Made by a program: the position numbers and the translations under genes. This document shows positions 28,192 to 37,900 of a DNA stretch of 64,000 nucleotides, piece after piece. Numbering within the stretch: the first letter of the stretch is position 1; the number at the start of each line of letters is the position of its first letter. The stretch lies in IMG/VR virus record IMGVR_UViG_3300031884_000002, positions 124,001 through 188,000 of that record; one strand, 5' to 3'. A model generated the notes under the pieces. That model saw only the letters and a program-made list of their open reading frames with translations, was not told the origin of the DNA and made no database searches.

Positions 28192-28938
28192 TTATTTTGT
28201 ATTACTGAATTGATAGTAATTACAGTCGAATAAATCACTGGAAAATGATAATTTAATTAAACCTCCCTCATTTTCATATATTTCCATAATACCACCCGAC
28301 ATATCAGTATTATTACGGTAACTTTCTGCTAATTGAGTAACTGGAAATTGTAATCCCTTACTTAATTTTGTATTTATAATTGCAGACGGAGGAGATATTC
28401 TAATCTTATTAGAATTAGAAGTTAAATAACCAAATACAAACTCAACTTTTTCTTTCTTATTCATTGCTACAGAAAATAATGCAGTTTCATCCAATGCAAC
28501 CTTTGCCTTTAAAAATTGCTTGGTAAAATCATCGGAAAAAGGAATAACTACATTTGGAGTTCCTATATCACCAAGTCCAATAGGAGTTTTAGGTATTGCA
28601 ATCGGGTCTGCCGCCCCGTAATACGTCTCCACATCATCCGATGCGAAATTAAGTCCTAATACCTTGTCTCCATTAAGATTTAATGATAATTTGATTTCAT
28701 CGGTAAATGGAGAAATAATTGCTTTAAGTTTTTCACAATCCCCCGCACAGATTACAGCATCATTTGGTCCTAATTCATTAAAATTTTTAAGAATGACATC
28801 ACTTAAAAATGACATATTATCTGCGGTGGCTCTTGTATGTAATATATTTTTACAAACTATATATTTAATTTTAGCCTTTGATATTATCTTACCAAGACTA
28901 AACTTTTTAATATAACTGTCCAATATTTCTTTTTTCAT
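28192..28938 (-). CDS. DNA polymerase sliding clamp (gp45-like)
   Basis: About 250 aa with an alternating beta/alpha pattern, between the clamp loader and the polymerase. Confidence 0.65.
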   Translation of the reverse strand: MKKEILDSYIKKFSLGKIISKAKIKYIVCKNILHTRATADNMSFLSDVILKNFNELGPNDAVICAGDCEKLKAIISPFTDEIKLSLNLNGDKVLGLNFASDDVETYYGAADPIAIPKTPIGLGDIGTPNVVIPFSDDFTKQFLKAKVALDETALFSVAMNKKEKVEFVFGYLTSNSNKIRISPPSAIINTKLSKGLQFPVTQLAESYRNNTDMSGGIMEIYENEGGLIKLSFSSDLFDCNYYQFSNTK

Positions 28939-28980
28939 TTCACTATATTATATCAGGTTTATTTTTACTGTAAAGTTATT

Positions 28981-29202
28981 TTAACCCCAATACTCATATG
29001 GATTTAAATCATCCGTAGAAGTTATACCTTTAATATAAATACGAGCAACCGTTCTATCATTATCTTTAGATGTTAATTTAGCATATAAAAACGCAATATT
29101 ATCATCAATAACAACTCTGACATTAGACCACATGGGACGTTTAAGTTCCCACCATTCTTTTATTATTTGATTAGTAATAACCCCTTCCCGGAAGATACAC
29201 AT
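28981..29202 (-). CDS. hypothetical protein
   Basis: 73-aa ORF. Confidence 0.45.
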   Translation of the reverse strand: MCIFREGVITNQIIKEWWELKRPMWSNVRVVIDDNIAFLYAKLTSKDNDRTVARIYIKGITSTDDLNPYEYWG

Positions 29203-29776
29203 ACATTCCTAAATTGCGAAGATGATAATAATTACGCATACCAGTATCAAAATCATAATCATTAGAACTTCGGTCTTTTTTAAAATAAAGACCTTTCACT
29301 TTACATTCGGAAATAGTAAATCCAGCATTCCAATTTTTAGGATTCCATCCATCATCTGCTTTCTCGTAATCAAACTTGGTGAATGTATCATCAAGTCCAA
29401 TATAAAGCGTATATGCTTTCCATTGAAACTCTTTAAAAGAATCATCGATAGAAACTTTACCAAATATTTCATTAGTTGGAGATGTTAAATTACCAATATT
29501 CATTGAAATATCTGTTAGAACTCCTATTTTTCTTGCTGCTTCATATTCTTCGGGTTTCCATGTAGTATAATGATTTGGAAGAGTTAATTCTTTATATTTT
29601 TTCCAATCTTCTTCATCTGCTGGAATAAGGTCAATTACACGTTTTCCTTTTAAGGCTAATAATTGCTCGTATATACTATCTCTTGCCGAAGTTGAAATAT
29701 ATACTTTATCACCTTCCCAACTTGGAAGTGATATTGGAGCATGGTCCGATAGTAATTTTCTCCATTCAATAATCAT
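29171..29776 (-). CDS. hypothetical protein
   Basis: 201-aa ORF. Confidence 0.6.
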   Translation of the reverse strand: MIIEWRKLLSDHAPISLPSWEGDKVYISTSARDSIYEQLLALKGKRVIDLIPADEEDWKKYKELTLPNHYTTWKPEEYEAARKIGVLTDISMNIGNLTSPTNEIFGKVSIDDSFKEFQWKAYTLYIGLDDTFTKFDYEKADDGWNPKNWNAGFTISECKVKGLYFKKDRSSNDYDFDTGMRNYYHLRNLGMYVYLPGRGYY

Positions 29777-30114
29777 ATAGGCGTTAATGTAGCAGTTTCC
29801 TCTATCTTCATATATTCAGACAGATATACTTTTGAAGTACTATGTTCTTTCATTCGTATATTCTTTATTTTAATAGGAATAACATATCTATTTTCTTTTT
29901 TCTTAAACTTTCGAGAATACTGTAAGCATTCAACCAAAGTTCCCAGTGAATGGAAGCCGCTTAAATATTTCTTACCATTAACTCCTTCACTAACCATTTT
30001 AATATTTGCTTTAATCCATTTGTTTATAGGAAGTATTCGAGAACCATTTATTCCGTGAAATAAGGTTTTCAAGTTTCCGTGGTTATCCATCTCTACTAAT
30101 CTATATGTTCTCAT
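29773..30114 (-). CDS. hypothetical protein
   Basis: 113-aa ORF. Confidence 0.6.
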   Translation of the reverse strand: MRTYRLVEMDNHGNLKTLFHGINGSRILPINKWIKANIKMVSEGVNGKKYLSGFHSLGTLVECLQYSRKFKKKENRYVIPIKIKNIRMKEHSTSKVYLSEYMKIEETATLTPI

Positions 30115-30284
30115 ATTGTATAATCAAGGTAAAGGATGATACTGTTCTAATAATTGCGTTAAAAAATATCTATCAAATATAATCATACTTAAAATTATTA
30201 CTAATACATATATTATAACTTTAAGTGTTAATTTAATATTTTGAATCCACCACCATTGTTTAATTTTTTTAGATTTGTCTGTCT

Positions 30285-30545
30285 TCATATTGTATAATCT
30301 TTATAAGGTAATTTTTTCTCCCATATTCTATATGCTTCTTCTGCTAATTTATCATCTGTCCAAGGAGCAGTAATCAAAGATAATTCTTTCAATGGCTTAT
30401 GCTCATATCGCTTTAATCTTTTAGATTTTCCACCACAATATTCAAACACATATTCTGGTCTCATATCTTTTCCTTTACAATCATACGCAATGTAATATGC
30501 ACCAGACCATTCCATACCAAATATTCTATGTATTTTCATATACAT
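30285..30545 (-). CDS. hypothetical protein
   Basis: 86-aa ORF. Confidence 0.55.
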   Translation of the reverse strand: MYMKIHRIFGMEWSGAYYIAYDCKGKDMRPEYVFEYCGGKSKRLKRYEHKPLKELSLITAPWTDDKLAEEAYRIWEKKLPYKDYTI

Positions 30546-30940
30546 TTATCCTGTGCTTCTTTTAATCCACAGTCGCATAATATGGCACTTCCCCACATCG
30601 TATCTTCCTTCCATCCTAACTCTTTAAGCATTTGTAATTGTTCTTCATTTGTTCTATATGCTAAATCCTTACATATTCCTTCATATTTTCTAATCCAACA
30701 ATTAGGTCTATGAATAGGACGTTTAGTAGCCCACATAGCGAATGCTCCAACTATATCTTTTTTAAGAGTCCATTGGTCTTTTTTATTATTCCATTCATCA
30801 TCTCCCTTTAATCTATCGAATGTTTTCGGCATATTATTTATAGCAGAAGTAAGTTCATTCATACATGCCGGATTTAAATATCCTTCATCAGTTAATAATG
30901 GTTGTTGTATAATTTCGTCGTATTTTATTTCTTTATTCAT
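30536..30940 (-). CDS. hypothetical protein
   Basis: 134-aa ORF. Confidence 0.6.
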   Translation of the reverse strand: MNKEIKYDEIIQQPLLTDEGYLNPACMNELTSAINNMPKTFDRLKGDDEWNNKKDQWTLKKDIVGAFAMWATKRPIHRPNCWIRKYEGICKDLAYRTNEEQLQMLKELGWKEDTMWGSAILCDCGLKEAQDKCI

Positions 30941-31120
30941 AAATTTAATATATTTTTAAGTATCTCTGGTATTTTCTTTATATTGTAATATGGGATTCGT
31001 AACAAGTCAATTTTATTTATTTTGGCATATTCATTTTTCATCTTATCATGTTTTCGTAATCGTTTAAATTCAACTTTAGTAAATTTATGTTTTCCAACTC
31101 TAATTCCATCGTAATGTTGT
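30937..31120 (-). pseudogene. decapitated endonuclease C-terminus
   Basis: QHY...HDKMKNEYAKINKIDLLRIPY is the usual tail of these PD-(D/E)XK endonucleases; the upstream part is replaced by a hairpin. Confidence 0.6.
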
Positions 31121-31156
31121 GCGCCCCCTATCCCTTTAGGGTAGGGGAGCATTCAC
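31121..31156 (+). mobile_element. IS200/IS605-like right-end remnant
   Basis: GC-rich hairpin CCCCTA-T-CCC-TTTA-GGG-TAGGGG followed by AGCATTCAC, in otherwise very AT-rich DNA. Confidence 0.55.
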
Positions 31157-33738
31157 CAACTTTCACTAAAATCAAATGTCTTAAGTGCCTTTTGACTACC
31201 TCGATTCGGAAGTTGCCTATTTATAGCACTATATATTTCTAATAATTTACTCTTTAATTCTCGTTCATACATTTTATTTTTATCGACATATTGTGCGATA
31301 AATTCTAATAATTTATCGGGGTCGGTATCATCTCCTTTAAATGCCACGCAATCAATGGCATATGGATTATATGGAAGCAAATATATCCATTTACACTTAT
31401 CCGAATGACGAATTAAATCATATTGTTTATTTAATTTCCAAATATTAAGTAAATCATTATAATTATTACCAGATTTAGCCGTTATAGGTGCTCCTTTAAC
31501 AATATCAAATCTATCTCTTCCTTTTGGAGAATAATGTTTATCTCCTTTGCGGGATATAAACTTAATTGAGCTTGTTTTTGCTAAATCTATAGCATCAATA
31601 GATGGTATCTTTTCTTCCATTTCCATTATTTCTTCATCTATCAATAATAAATCTTTACCTCTTAATATATCCTCTAAAACTTTACCTACAACTGACTTAA
31701 AAAATTTAGGATATGAACTTCTTACTGTATCAATACCCATTACTTTTACTTGACCAATGTTTCCTTGCTTATCTTTAACTACTGACATAGTTTCCATGTC
31801 ATATACTTTAAGCATGGCATATCGTTTCTTAGCAATCCAAATAGAACGTTCAGCAATAACATCGGGAACTATTTTAATACGATTTCGTGAAGGTGAAACA
31901 TTAAACACCTTTGGCACCATATACTCATAAAACTTATTTATTCTGTCGGCTGCTTCCGTTACAAATTTAATTGTATAATCGGTCATCTCCTCTTCCTTTA
32001 TATTTTCAAGTTTTCCTAATTCTTTAGTTGAAAAATAATTAGAATCAGTATCGACATAGATAATAAAATCATTTTTAGGAGGAGTTACTTTATACTTATT
32101 AAACTTTTTAACATATAAATCATTAACTACCTGTTCGGCATATTTAATAATAGTCTGACCTGTAGAAGTAACAGATGCGGCATTATCAATATCATAAAAC
32201 CTAAAGATTGGAAGTCCCAACACGCCATATACAGAATTAAGGAAAATCTTCTGTCTTAATTGACGACGATTATAAAATGCCGCCATTTCTTTATTTCCTT
32301 CTTTGGCATACTTTTTAGCTAATTTTCGATATTCTACCCGCTCCGAAAACCATTTATCCAATATGGTAGGTATAACCCCCAGTTTATTCATTTTATAAAC
32401 AACTCCGCTGGATGATACGGAAATACTATGATTTAACATCATAATATTAAACTCATCAATAGTATAAAGCATCCCGTTAAGATTTATTTCTTTAATATTT
32501 CCATTATTAAAAGAGTTCCAATCCCAATCCTTAACAACCCCTATTTTGGTATCGGGACTTATGTTTAATGACATGATTACACTCGGATAGAGAGACGTAA
32601 TATCAGCAGAACAAACCCATTCATAAATACCGGGAGTAGGTATTTTAACATATGCTCCTTCAAATCCTTCATCATCGGAGTTTTCCATCTCTTCATATGC
32701 TTCTCTACCGCCAGCCGGTTTATTGGGAGCAATCAATTTATTAGCATGTAAATAATCTACAATAGCCCCATCAATAAACCTCGATGACATTTGAAACCAT
32801 TCATATGGAATATGACCTTTATGACATACTCCAAGAGCAAGGTTTATATAATCATACTTTTCGTTTAACTCGACTACTACTTTAACATCGACTAAATTAT
32901 ATTCTACAAATCTATCAATATCAGTTTTATACAAAGTATCTAAATTTCCTTTATATGTTAATTTTTGATGTTTAAGTTCTTCATCTTTGGCTACATTGGC
33001 TAATGAATATGAAGACTTCATCTTTTCACAAAACTTTTTATATAAATCAATGTAATCGAGAGAAGATACTCCTCCTATAACCATTTTTTTAGTATATAGA
33101 TTTTGATATACTTGCCCCAATGGGGATAATTTATAAACGGCTGATTTTCCCAATACATTTTTAGCTCTATTATATAGATATGGATTATCGAAGAAGTTTA
33201 TGTTCCATCCCGATATAATAGTAGGATTTATATTCGTCCATAGATTTATAAAATAAGTAAGCAATTCAGTCTCGGTGCTAAATGATTTAGTTATTTCGTT
33301 TCCAACAGTTTTATTTTTTACTTTTTTATCAGGGTCTAATATAAGAGAATAATATTTATCACCGGTATAATCATATGTTGCTATAGCAGTGATTGCCTTA
33401 TCTCCTTGCATTACATCGGGAAACCCACCTTCGGTTGAAGTTTCTATATCATATATCAATATTCTATGACCTTTGCTAATATCATCATTATTTGGATATA
33501 AATCCAATAATATTTTCATTTCTGGGTTTAAATCAGATTCAAATAAGGTTGGGTCATTATCATCATAAGAAGTTATACGTTCAAGTTTATCCCCAAATAA
33601 ACTAACATAACATCCTATATCTGACTTTTTATATGCGTATCTAAAATCGGTAATAGGATATTGCTGCCATCTATCATCAGCATCATCCAATACCGATACC
33701 ATTCCATTATTTTTATTATTATAAATTGCTTTATACAA
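31153..33738 (-). CDS. family B DNA polymerase (T4 gp43-like)
   Basis: Exonuclease YDIET, GWNINFFD and YNLVD; polymerase DITSLYPS, KIFLNSVYG, YVDTDS and KKRY. Confidence 0.97.
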   Translation of the reverse strand: MYKAIYNNKNNGMVSVLDDADDRWQQYPITDFRYAYKKSDIGCYVSLFGDKLERITSYDDNDPTLFESDLNPEMKILLDLYPNNDDISKGHRILIYDIETSTEGGFPDVMQGDKAITAIATYDYTGDKYYSLILDPDKKVKNKTVGNEITKSFSTETELLTYFINLWTNINPTIISGWNINFFDNPYLYNRAKNVLGKSAVYKLSPLGQVYQNLYTKKMVIGGVSSLDYIDLYKKFCEKMKSSYSLANVAKDEELKHQKLTYKGNLDTLYKTDIDRFVEYNLVDVKVVVELNEKYDYINLALGVCHKGHIPYEWFQMSSRFIDGAIVDYLHANKLIAPNKPAGGREAYEEMENSDDEGFEGAYVKIPTPGIYEWVCSADITSLYPSVIMSLNISPDTKIGVVKDWDWNSFNNGNIKEINLNGMLYTIDEFNIMMLNHSISVSSSGVVYKMNKLGVIPTILDKWFSERVEYRKLAKKYAKEGNKEMAAFYNRRQLRQKIFLNSVYGVLGLPIFRFYDIDNAASVTSTGQTIIKYAEQVVNDLYVKKFNKYKVTPPKNDFIIYVDTDSNYFSTKELGKLENIKEEEMTDYTIKFVTEAADRINKFYEYMVPKVFNVSPSRNRIKIVPDVIAERSIWIAKKRYAMLKVYDMETMSVVKDKQGNIGQVKVMGIDTVRSSYPKFFKSVVGKVLEDILRGKDLLLIDEEIMEMEEKIPSIDAIDLAKTSSIKFISRKGDKHYSPKGRDRFDIVKGAPITAKSGNNYNDLLNIWKLNKQYDLIRHSDKCKWIYLLPYNPYAIDCVAFKGDDTDPDKLLEFIAQYVDKNKMYERELKSKLLEIYSAINRQLPNRGSQKALKTFDFSESW

Positions 33739-34294
33739 GAGTTTTAAACTTTCTTCGTTGTTTAGTTATTTCGTATAACACTATACCAGTACAAGTTCCA
33801 AGATTCAAGCTTTCAATAATACCATACATTGGAATGTTTATGCATAGTTTACTTCGTTCTATGGCAGTATCGCTTATTCCTCTGGATTCATTTCCAAACC
33901 AAACTGCTAACTTAGGATGGGTAAACTTACCTTCATCTAATAATACATTTTCCTTACCTTTGACGTGCGGAGACGTAACCACAGAAACATACTTATTTTT
34001 ATCCAAATAATCCAAACATTTATCAGTGGTAGGAAACACTTTAACATACGTCCATTTAATGGCAGATGCCGATATTTTATTTAAAGAAGTCCTATCTCTC
34101 ATGGTTTCCCATTTATCTGGTAATATTTTATTTCCATCTACCACATATAACTTTTCAACTCCTAATGCATTTACATTTCGGATAGTCGAACCTATGTTTT
34201 CGATTGTTTTTGGATTTTCCAAAACTGCAATTAAAGTAGTGCATCGTGTGCCTTTAACTTTATCTGCTCTAATTCTCAATGATGATTTTTCCAT
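33731..34294 (-). CDS. trmH: SpoU/TrmH-family RNA 2'-O-methyltransferase
   Basis: ENIGSTIR, FGNESRGIS, IPMYGIIESLN. Confidence 0.9.
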   Translation of the reverse strand: MEKSSLRIRADKVKGTRCTTLIAVLENPKTIENIGSTIRNVNALGVEKLYVVDGNKILPDKWETMRDRTSLNKISASAIKWTYVKVFPTTDKCLDYLDKNKYVSVVTSPHVKGKENVLLDEGKFTHPKLAVWFGNESRGISDTAIERSKLCINIPMYGIIESLNLGTCTGIVLYEITKQRRKFKTLV

Positions 34295-34297
34295 ATA

Positions 34298-34684
34298 TTA
34301 TTTAGGTTCTATCGAAGATGTTATTGATTGTTCTACTGAGCCAGTTATCTCTTGTTTAGGAGCCTCAATAGAGGAAGTGGGTGCGGGTGGCTTAGGAGTT
34401 TCAATTTTATTTATATCTACCTTAACATCCAATTTCAACATTAAAGATTTAAAAGTTTCATGTCCTTCCGGATTTATTTTTTGAAATGAATCTAATAGAT
34501 GTTTAATTAAAATATCTTTTTTAAGCCATTTCAAATGGGAAACCTCAAATTGTCTATGAATAAACGAAATTGGGTTTACCGTATTTATAATACTTAAAAG
34601 AAGACATAACTCGTCTTCGGAAAATGAATTGATTAATTCAGACAATAACATACTGTATGATATCAAATTAAAGTTAAATGTCAA
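34298..34684 (-). CDS. hypothetical protein
   Basis: 128-aa ORF; start uncertain. Confidence 0.55.
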   Translation of the reverse strand: MTFNFNLISYSMLLSELINSFSEDELCLLLSIINTVNPISFIHRQFEVSHLKWLKKDILIKHLLDSFQKINPEGHETFKSLMLKLDVKVDINKIETPKPPAPTSSIEAPKQEITGSVEQSITSSIEPK

Positions 34685-35560
34685 TTACAAAATAATCTTA
34701 CTTGCTTTTTGGTCGCAAGTACCATCTTTAGCATATTGGCAATATTTGCAATTTTTCTTTTTTAATCCGGGAATTTTAGGATATGTTTTATCAGTCAAAT
34801 ATTCCCCATCCTTATTAAAACATTCATTAACAAACTTAGAAAACTCTTGTAAGGTTTCATCGATATCTGCTTTATGAGACGACGGAACAAATACATTCAA
34901 CCTAGTTTGAGGATAATTTGCATTTTCATAGGTCTTTCGTTTTAATATAAAAAACTCAACATTTATTTTACTTAAAGGAATATTATATTTCTTACTATAT
35001 AATGCTTTATATAAACGAAGCTGTGCCAATTTTGTAAAATCTTCTTTTTCAGAAGTCCATCCCCTGCCTGAAGTTTTAAAATCTACGATTCTAATATTAC
35101 CCGATAGTTTTTCCTTAAGAACTAAATCTAAAAATGAAGTAACATTCAACTTATTAAATATTGCTTCATTGATTTCAGTTTCAATTCCTAATAATTCAAA
35201 CTTATCACGAGGGAAATATCGGCGTCTATTTTCGGGTAATATAAACTCAGACAAAATCAAACGTCCATCTTCTACAAACTCATCCAATTCGGCTTTAGTA
35301 TGAGGGATTTTTTTCTTATCTATTTCCTGTTGAAACTCTGATTTAAACATAGTATTTAAATCTATAGAGGCTGCTTGAGATTCTCCTTCATTATACAAAG
35401 TTTTTAAATAATGTTGAATTGTTTCGTGAATTGCGGTCCCAAACGATAAATTAAGAGTATCCTCAAACTTTCGTTTATTTAGAATATAATCATTATAATA
35501 TTTATTAGGGCATTTGAACCAAGTTGAAAATTGAGAATATGATACTCTTTTATTAGACAT
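34685..35560 (-). CDS. PD-(D/E)XK RecB/Cas4-like exonuclease
   Basis: SYSQF...CP, FGTAIH, LDLV, IVDFKT, QLRLY, CKYC..C. Confidence 0.88.
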   Translation of the reverse strand: MSNKRVSYSQFSTWFKCPNKYYNDYILNKRKFEDTLNLSFGTAIHETIQHYLKTLYNEGESQAASIDLNTMFKSEFQQEIDKKKIPHTKAELDEFVEDGRLILSEFILPENRRRYFPRDKFELLGIETEINEAIFNKLNVTSFLDLVLKEKLSGNIRIVDFKTSGRGWTSEKEDFTKLAQLRLYKALYSKKYNIPLSKINVEFFILKRKTYENANYPQTRLNVFVPSSHKADIDETLQEFSKFVNECFNKDGEYLTDKTYPKIPGLKKKNCKYCQYAKDGTCDQKASKIIL

Positions 35561-35604
35561 TTAAAGAGTATAGCAAGAAATAGAACAACCGTAAAGTTAT
35601 TATA

Positions 35605-36303
35605 TCAACACTCCGTAGAACGTCCTAGATTTTCATCAACTGTGAAGGTAGTATTATATCGTTCATTAGTAGAACGTTGCCGCTCTATTGTTTTAGTATG
35701 TAACAATGCATATTCTTCTTCTTTTGGAAGAATTGCATATTCTTTAAACCCATCGATTCTCTCGTGTAATTTTCCAATCCACTTGATACGAGGATAATCC
35801 CGCTTAAATATTCTACTTTGATAATCTCCGATATTCCAATTTATCCATTTATGTGGATTATTAATATCCCATCCATAACGGGTAGCATCTTCCTGTGTTA
35901 CTCCTATAAAATTATTTATACGAGGAACTCTGTATAATTCAATGTTCGGATTACTTTCCAATAAATATTTGAGATTATAATATATCAATCTATCAGGTGG
36001 AAATTCATCCGCATCAATATGAAATATATAATCGCCACTAGATTCTTCTATACATTTGTTCTTAAAAGCGGCATAATTTTTGTTAAGTGAGTGGTAAAAT
36101 ACTTTTACATTAAAAAACTCTTTATTTAAATCTTTATATGCCAATGCTACATTTTCAGTTTCTTTTATAAAATTATCTTTATCAATGACTATTATAATTT
36201 CATCTTTACCGGTTAAACATTGGTTTATTTTACATAACAATTTTTGTAATGAATCAACTTCATTACAACAAGTTATACAATATGATATATTTGGATAATT
36301 CAT
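35605..36303 (-). CDS. glycosyltransferase family 2
   Basis: ISYCIT..NE, FHIDADE, DYQSRIF, LHE. Confidence 0.85.
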   Translation of the reverse strand: MNYPNISYCITCCNEVDSLQKLLCKINQCLTGKDEIIIVIDKDNFIKETENVALAYKDLNKEFFNVKVFYHSLNKNYAAFKNKCIEESSGDYIFHIDADEFPPDRLIYYNLKYLLESNPNIELYRVPRINNFIGVTQEDATRYGWDINNPHKWINWNIGDYQSRIFKRDYPRIKWIGKLHERIDGFKEYAILPKEEEYALLHTKTIERQRSTNERYNTTFTVDENLGRSTEC

Positions 36304-36307
36304 ATAA

Positions 36308-36568
36308 TTAATATTGCTTTTTTTTCAATGCTAAATATAAGGCATCTGTCCTATCAGACGTATTATTTAAGTTGGATATTAACTCATCTCGGGGTTCAGT
36401 ATCGATATAACCATAATAACTACCACTCCCCAATATAAGTAATACATTATCATATATTTGAATATCGGGACATGCAGAACTAGTATAAGTAAACGTAGAT
36501 TTTTTTATTAAATCTTCATAATATTTAACTCTATCATACCAAAACTCAAACTTAGGCGTAATATTCAT
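36308..36568 (-). CDS. hypothetical protein
   Basis: 86-aa ORF. Confidence 0.5.
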   Translation of the reverse strand: MNITPKFEFWYDRVKYYEDLIKKSTFTYTSSACPDIQIYDNVLLILGSGSYYGYIDTEPRDELISNLNNTSDRTDALYLALKKKQY

Positions 36569-37311
36569 AATTTTATATTATCAAATACTTCTCCACAATT
36601 TTCTCTAATAACCAATGATGCTCTATGGTCGTATGGTGTATTATCTCTATTTAATATAATCAATTTACAGGTATCGGATACTTCTTCTAACAATCCTGCG
36701 GCGGGTTGAACTTGAAGGCTAGACCCTATGGCTAATACTACATCTGCCAATTTTAATTGTTTCATGGACTCTTCAAATGTTTCATCATTTAACCATTCGT
36801 CAAATAACACCGTGTTAGGACGAATAATACCACCACATTCACAAATAGGAATGTCAGTAGTTTCCATTACTTTATTAAAATATTCAACCGTATATCTGGC
36901 TCCACATGCACTGGCACATTTGAATACGGAATAATTTCCATGTAATTCCAATACATTAGTATTTCCAGCAAGATTATGTAAATTATCAATATTTTGAGTT
37001 ACAACCGCTTTAAGTTTTCCTACCTTCTCAAGATTAGATAGAAACAAATGAGACCGATTTGGTTTTTTATCTAATAATACATTCATTCTGGTTTTAAAAA
37101 ACTTAAAAAACATAGGTTTGTTTTTTCTTTCTCTTAAAAATCTGCCGCTTAATATTTGTTCGGGAGAAAGACCATCGAAATCTTTCATATATAAACCACC
37201 CGAAGAACGAAAATCAGGTATATTGGATTCGGTTGATATACCTGCACCGGTAAATGCTACTATATACTTAGCATTATTTATATATTCTTGTAATTGTTCT
37301 ATATTATTCAT
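36565..37311 (-). CDS. cobB: Sir2-family NAD-dependent protein deacylase
   Basis: FTGAGISTESNIPDFRS, TQNIDNLH, ELHG, Cys4 zinc site, GSSLQVQPAA. Confidence 0.93.
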   Translation of the reverse strand: MNNIEQLQEYINNAKYIVAFTGAGISTESNIPDFRSSGGLYMKDFDGLSPEQILSGRFLRERKNKPMFFKFFKTRMNVLLDKKPNRSHLFLSNLEKVGKLKAVVTQNIDNLHNLAGNTNVLELHGNYSVFKCASACGARYTVEYFNKVMETTDIPICECGGIIRPNTVLFDEWLNDETFEESMKQLKLADVVLAIGSSLQVQPAAGLLEEVSDTCKLIILNRDNTPYDHRASLVIRENCGEVFDNIKL

Positions 37312-37889
37312 TTAAACTTTATAGTAATAGTATCTACTTCTTTATTGGATGTTAATTTATCATTCGTAAATGTTTTATTAAAATCATTAAGTGTTTTATT
37401 ATCGGTTTTCAATAAATTATTATCAATTTCTAATTGTTTAATAGTATCTTCTCGATTATAATTTTTAAGTTTTAAACTTATAATATCATTTCCAAGTTGT
37501 TTATTTTCAGTTTCTAATTTAGAAGCATTATTCTTTAAATATATAATTTGATTTTTAAGGTTAAGATTTTCAATGCTGAGTTCAGACATTCTATCTGCTG
37601 ATTCCTTAAACAAGATATGTAATAACGCATTATCAAATAAAATAGGAGTATGTTTTCCGGTTAATATGAATGCATGGTTATTGTCTGTAAAGGGAATTGC
37701 CTCTGCACAATTTCCTATTTTTTCATTTAAGATATCTGCCATTGCACTATTATGCGTTAATACAACACATTCTCTACTATCACTTGACCATGCGTAGGCT
37801 CCGTTTAACATTTTAGTAGTATGACCTACTTGACGAGTTGCATCATAATAAGCAACTAATTCGTTTAACTTACTAAATATACTTGACAT
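37308..37889 (-). CDS. hypothetical protein with coiled coil
   Basis: RQVGHT motif and heptad tail. Confidence 0.55.
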   Translation of the reverse strand: MSSIFSKLNELVAYYDATRQVGHTTKMLNGAYAWSSDSRECVVLTHNSAMADILNEKIGNCAEAIPFTDNNHAFILTGKHTPILFDNALLHILFKESADRMSELSIENLNLKNQIIYLKNNASKLETENKQLGNDIISLKLKNYNREDTIKQLEIDNNLLKTDNKTLNDFNKTFTNDKLTSNKEVDTITIKFK

Positions 37890-37900
37890 ATTTTATTAAA

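Noticed and set aside
34685-35560. Cas4 of a CRISPR system
   Set aside because: No cas1/cas2 or array; stand-alone RecB-like nucleases are common in phage replication regions.
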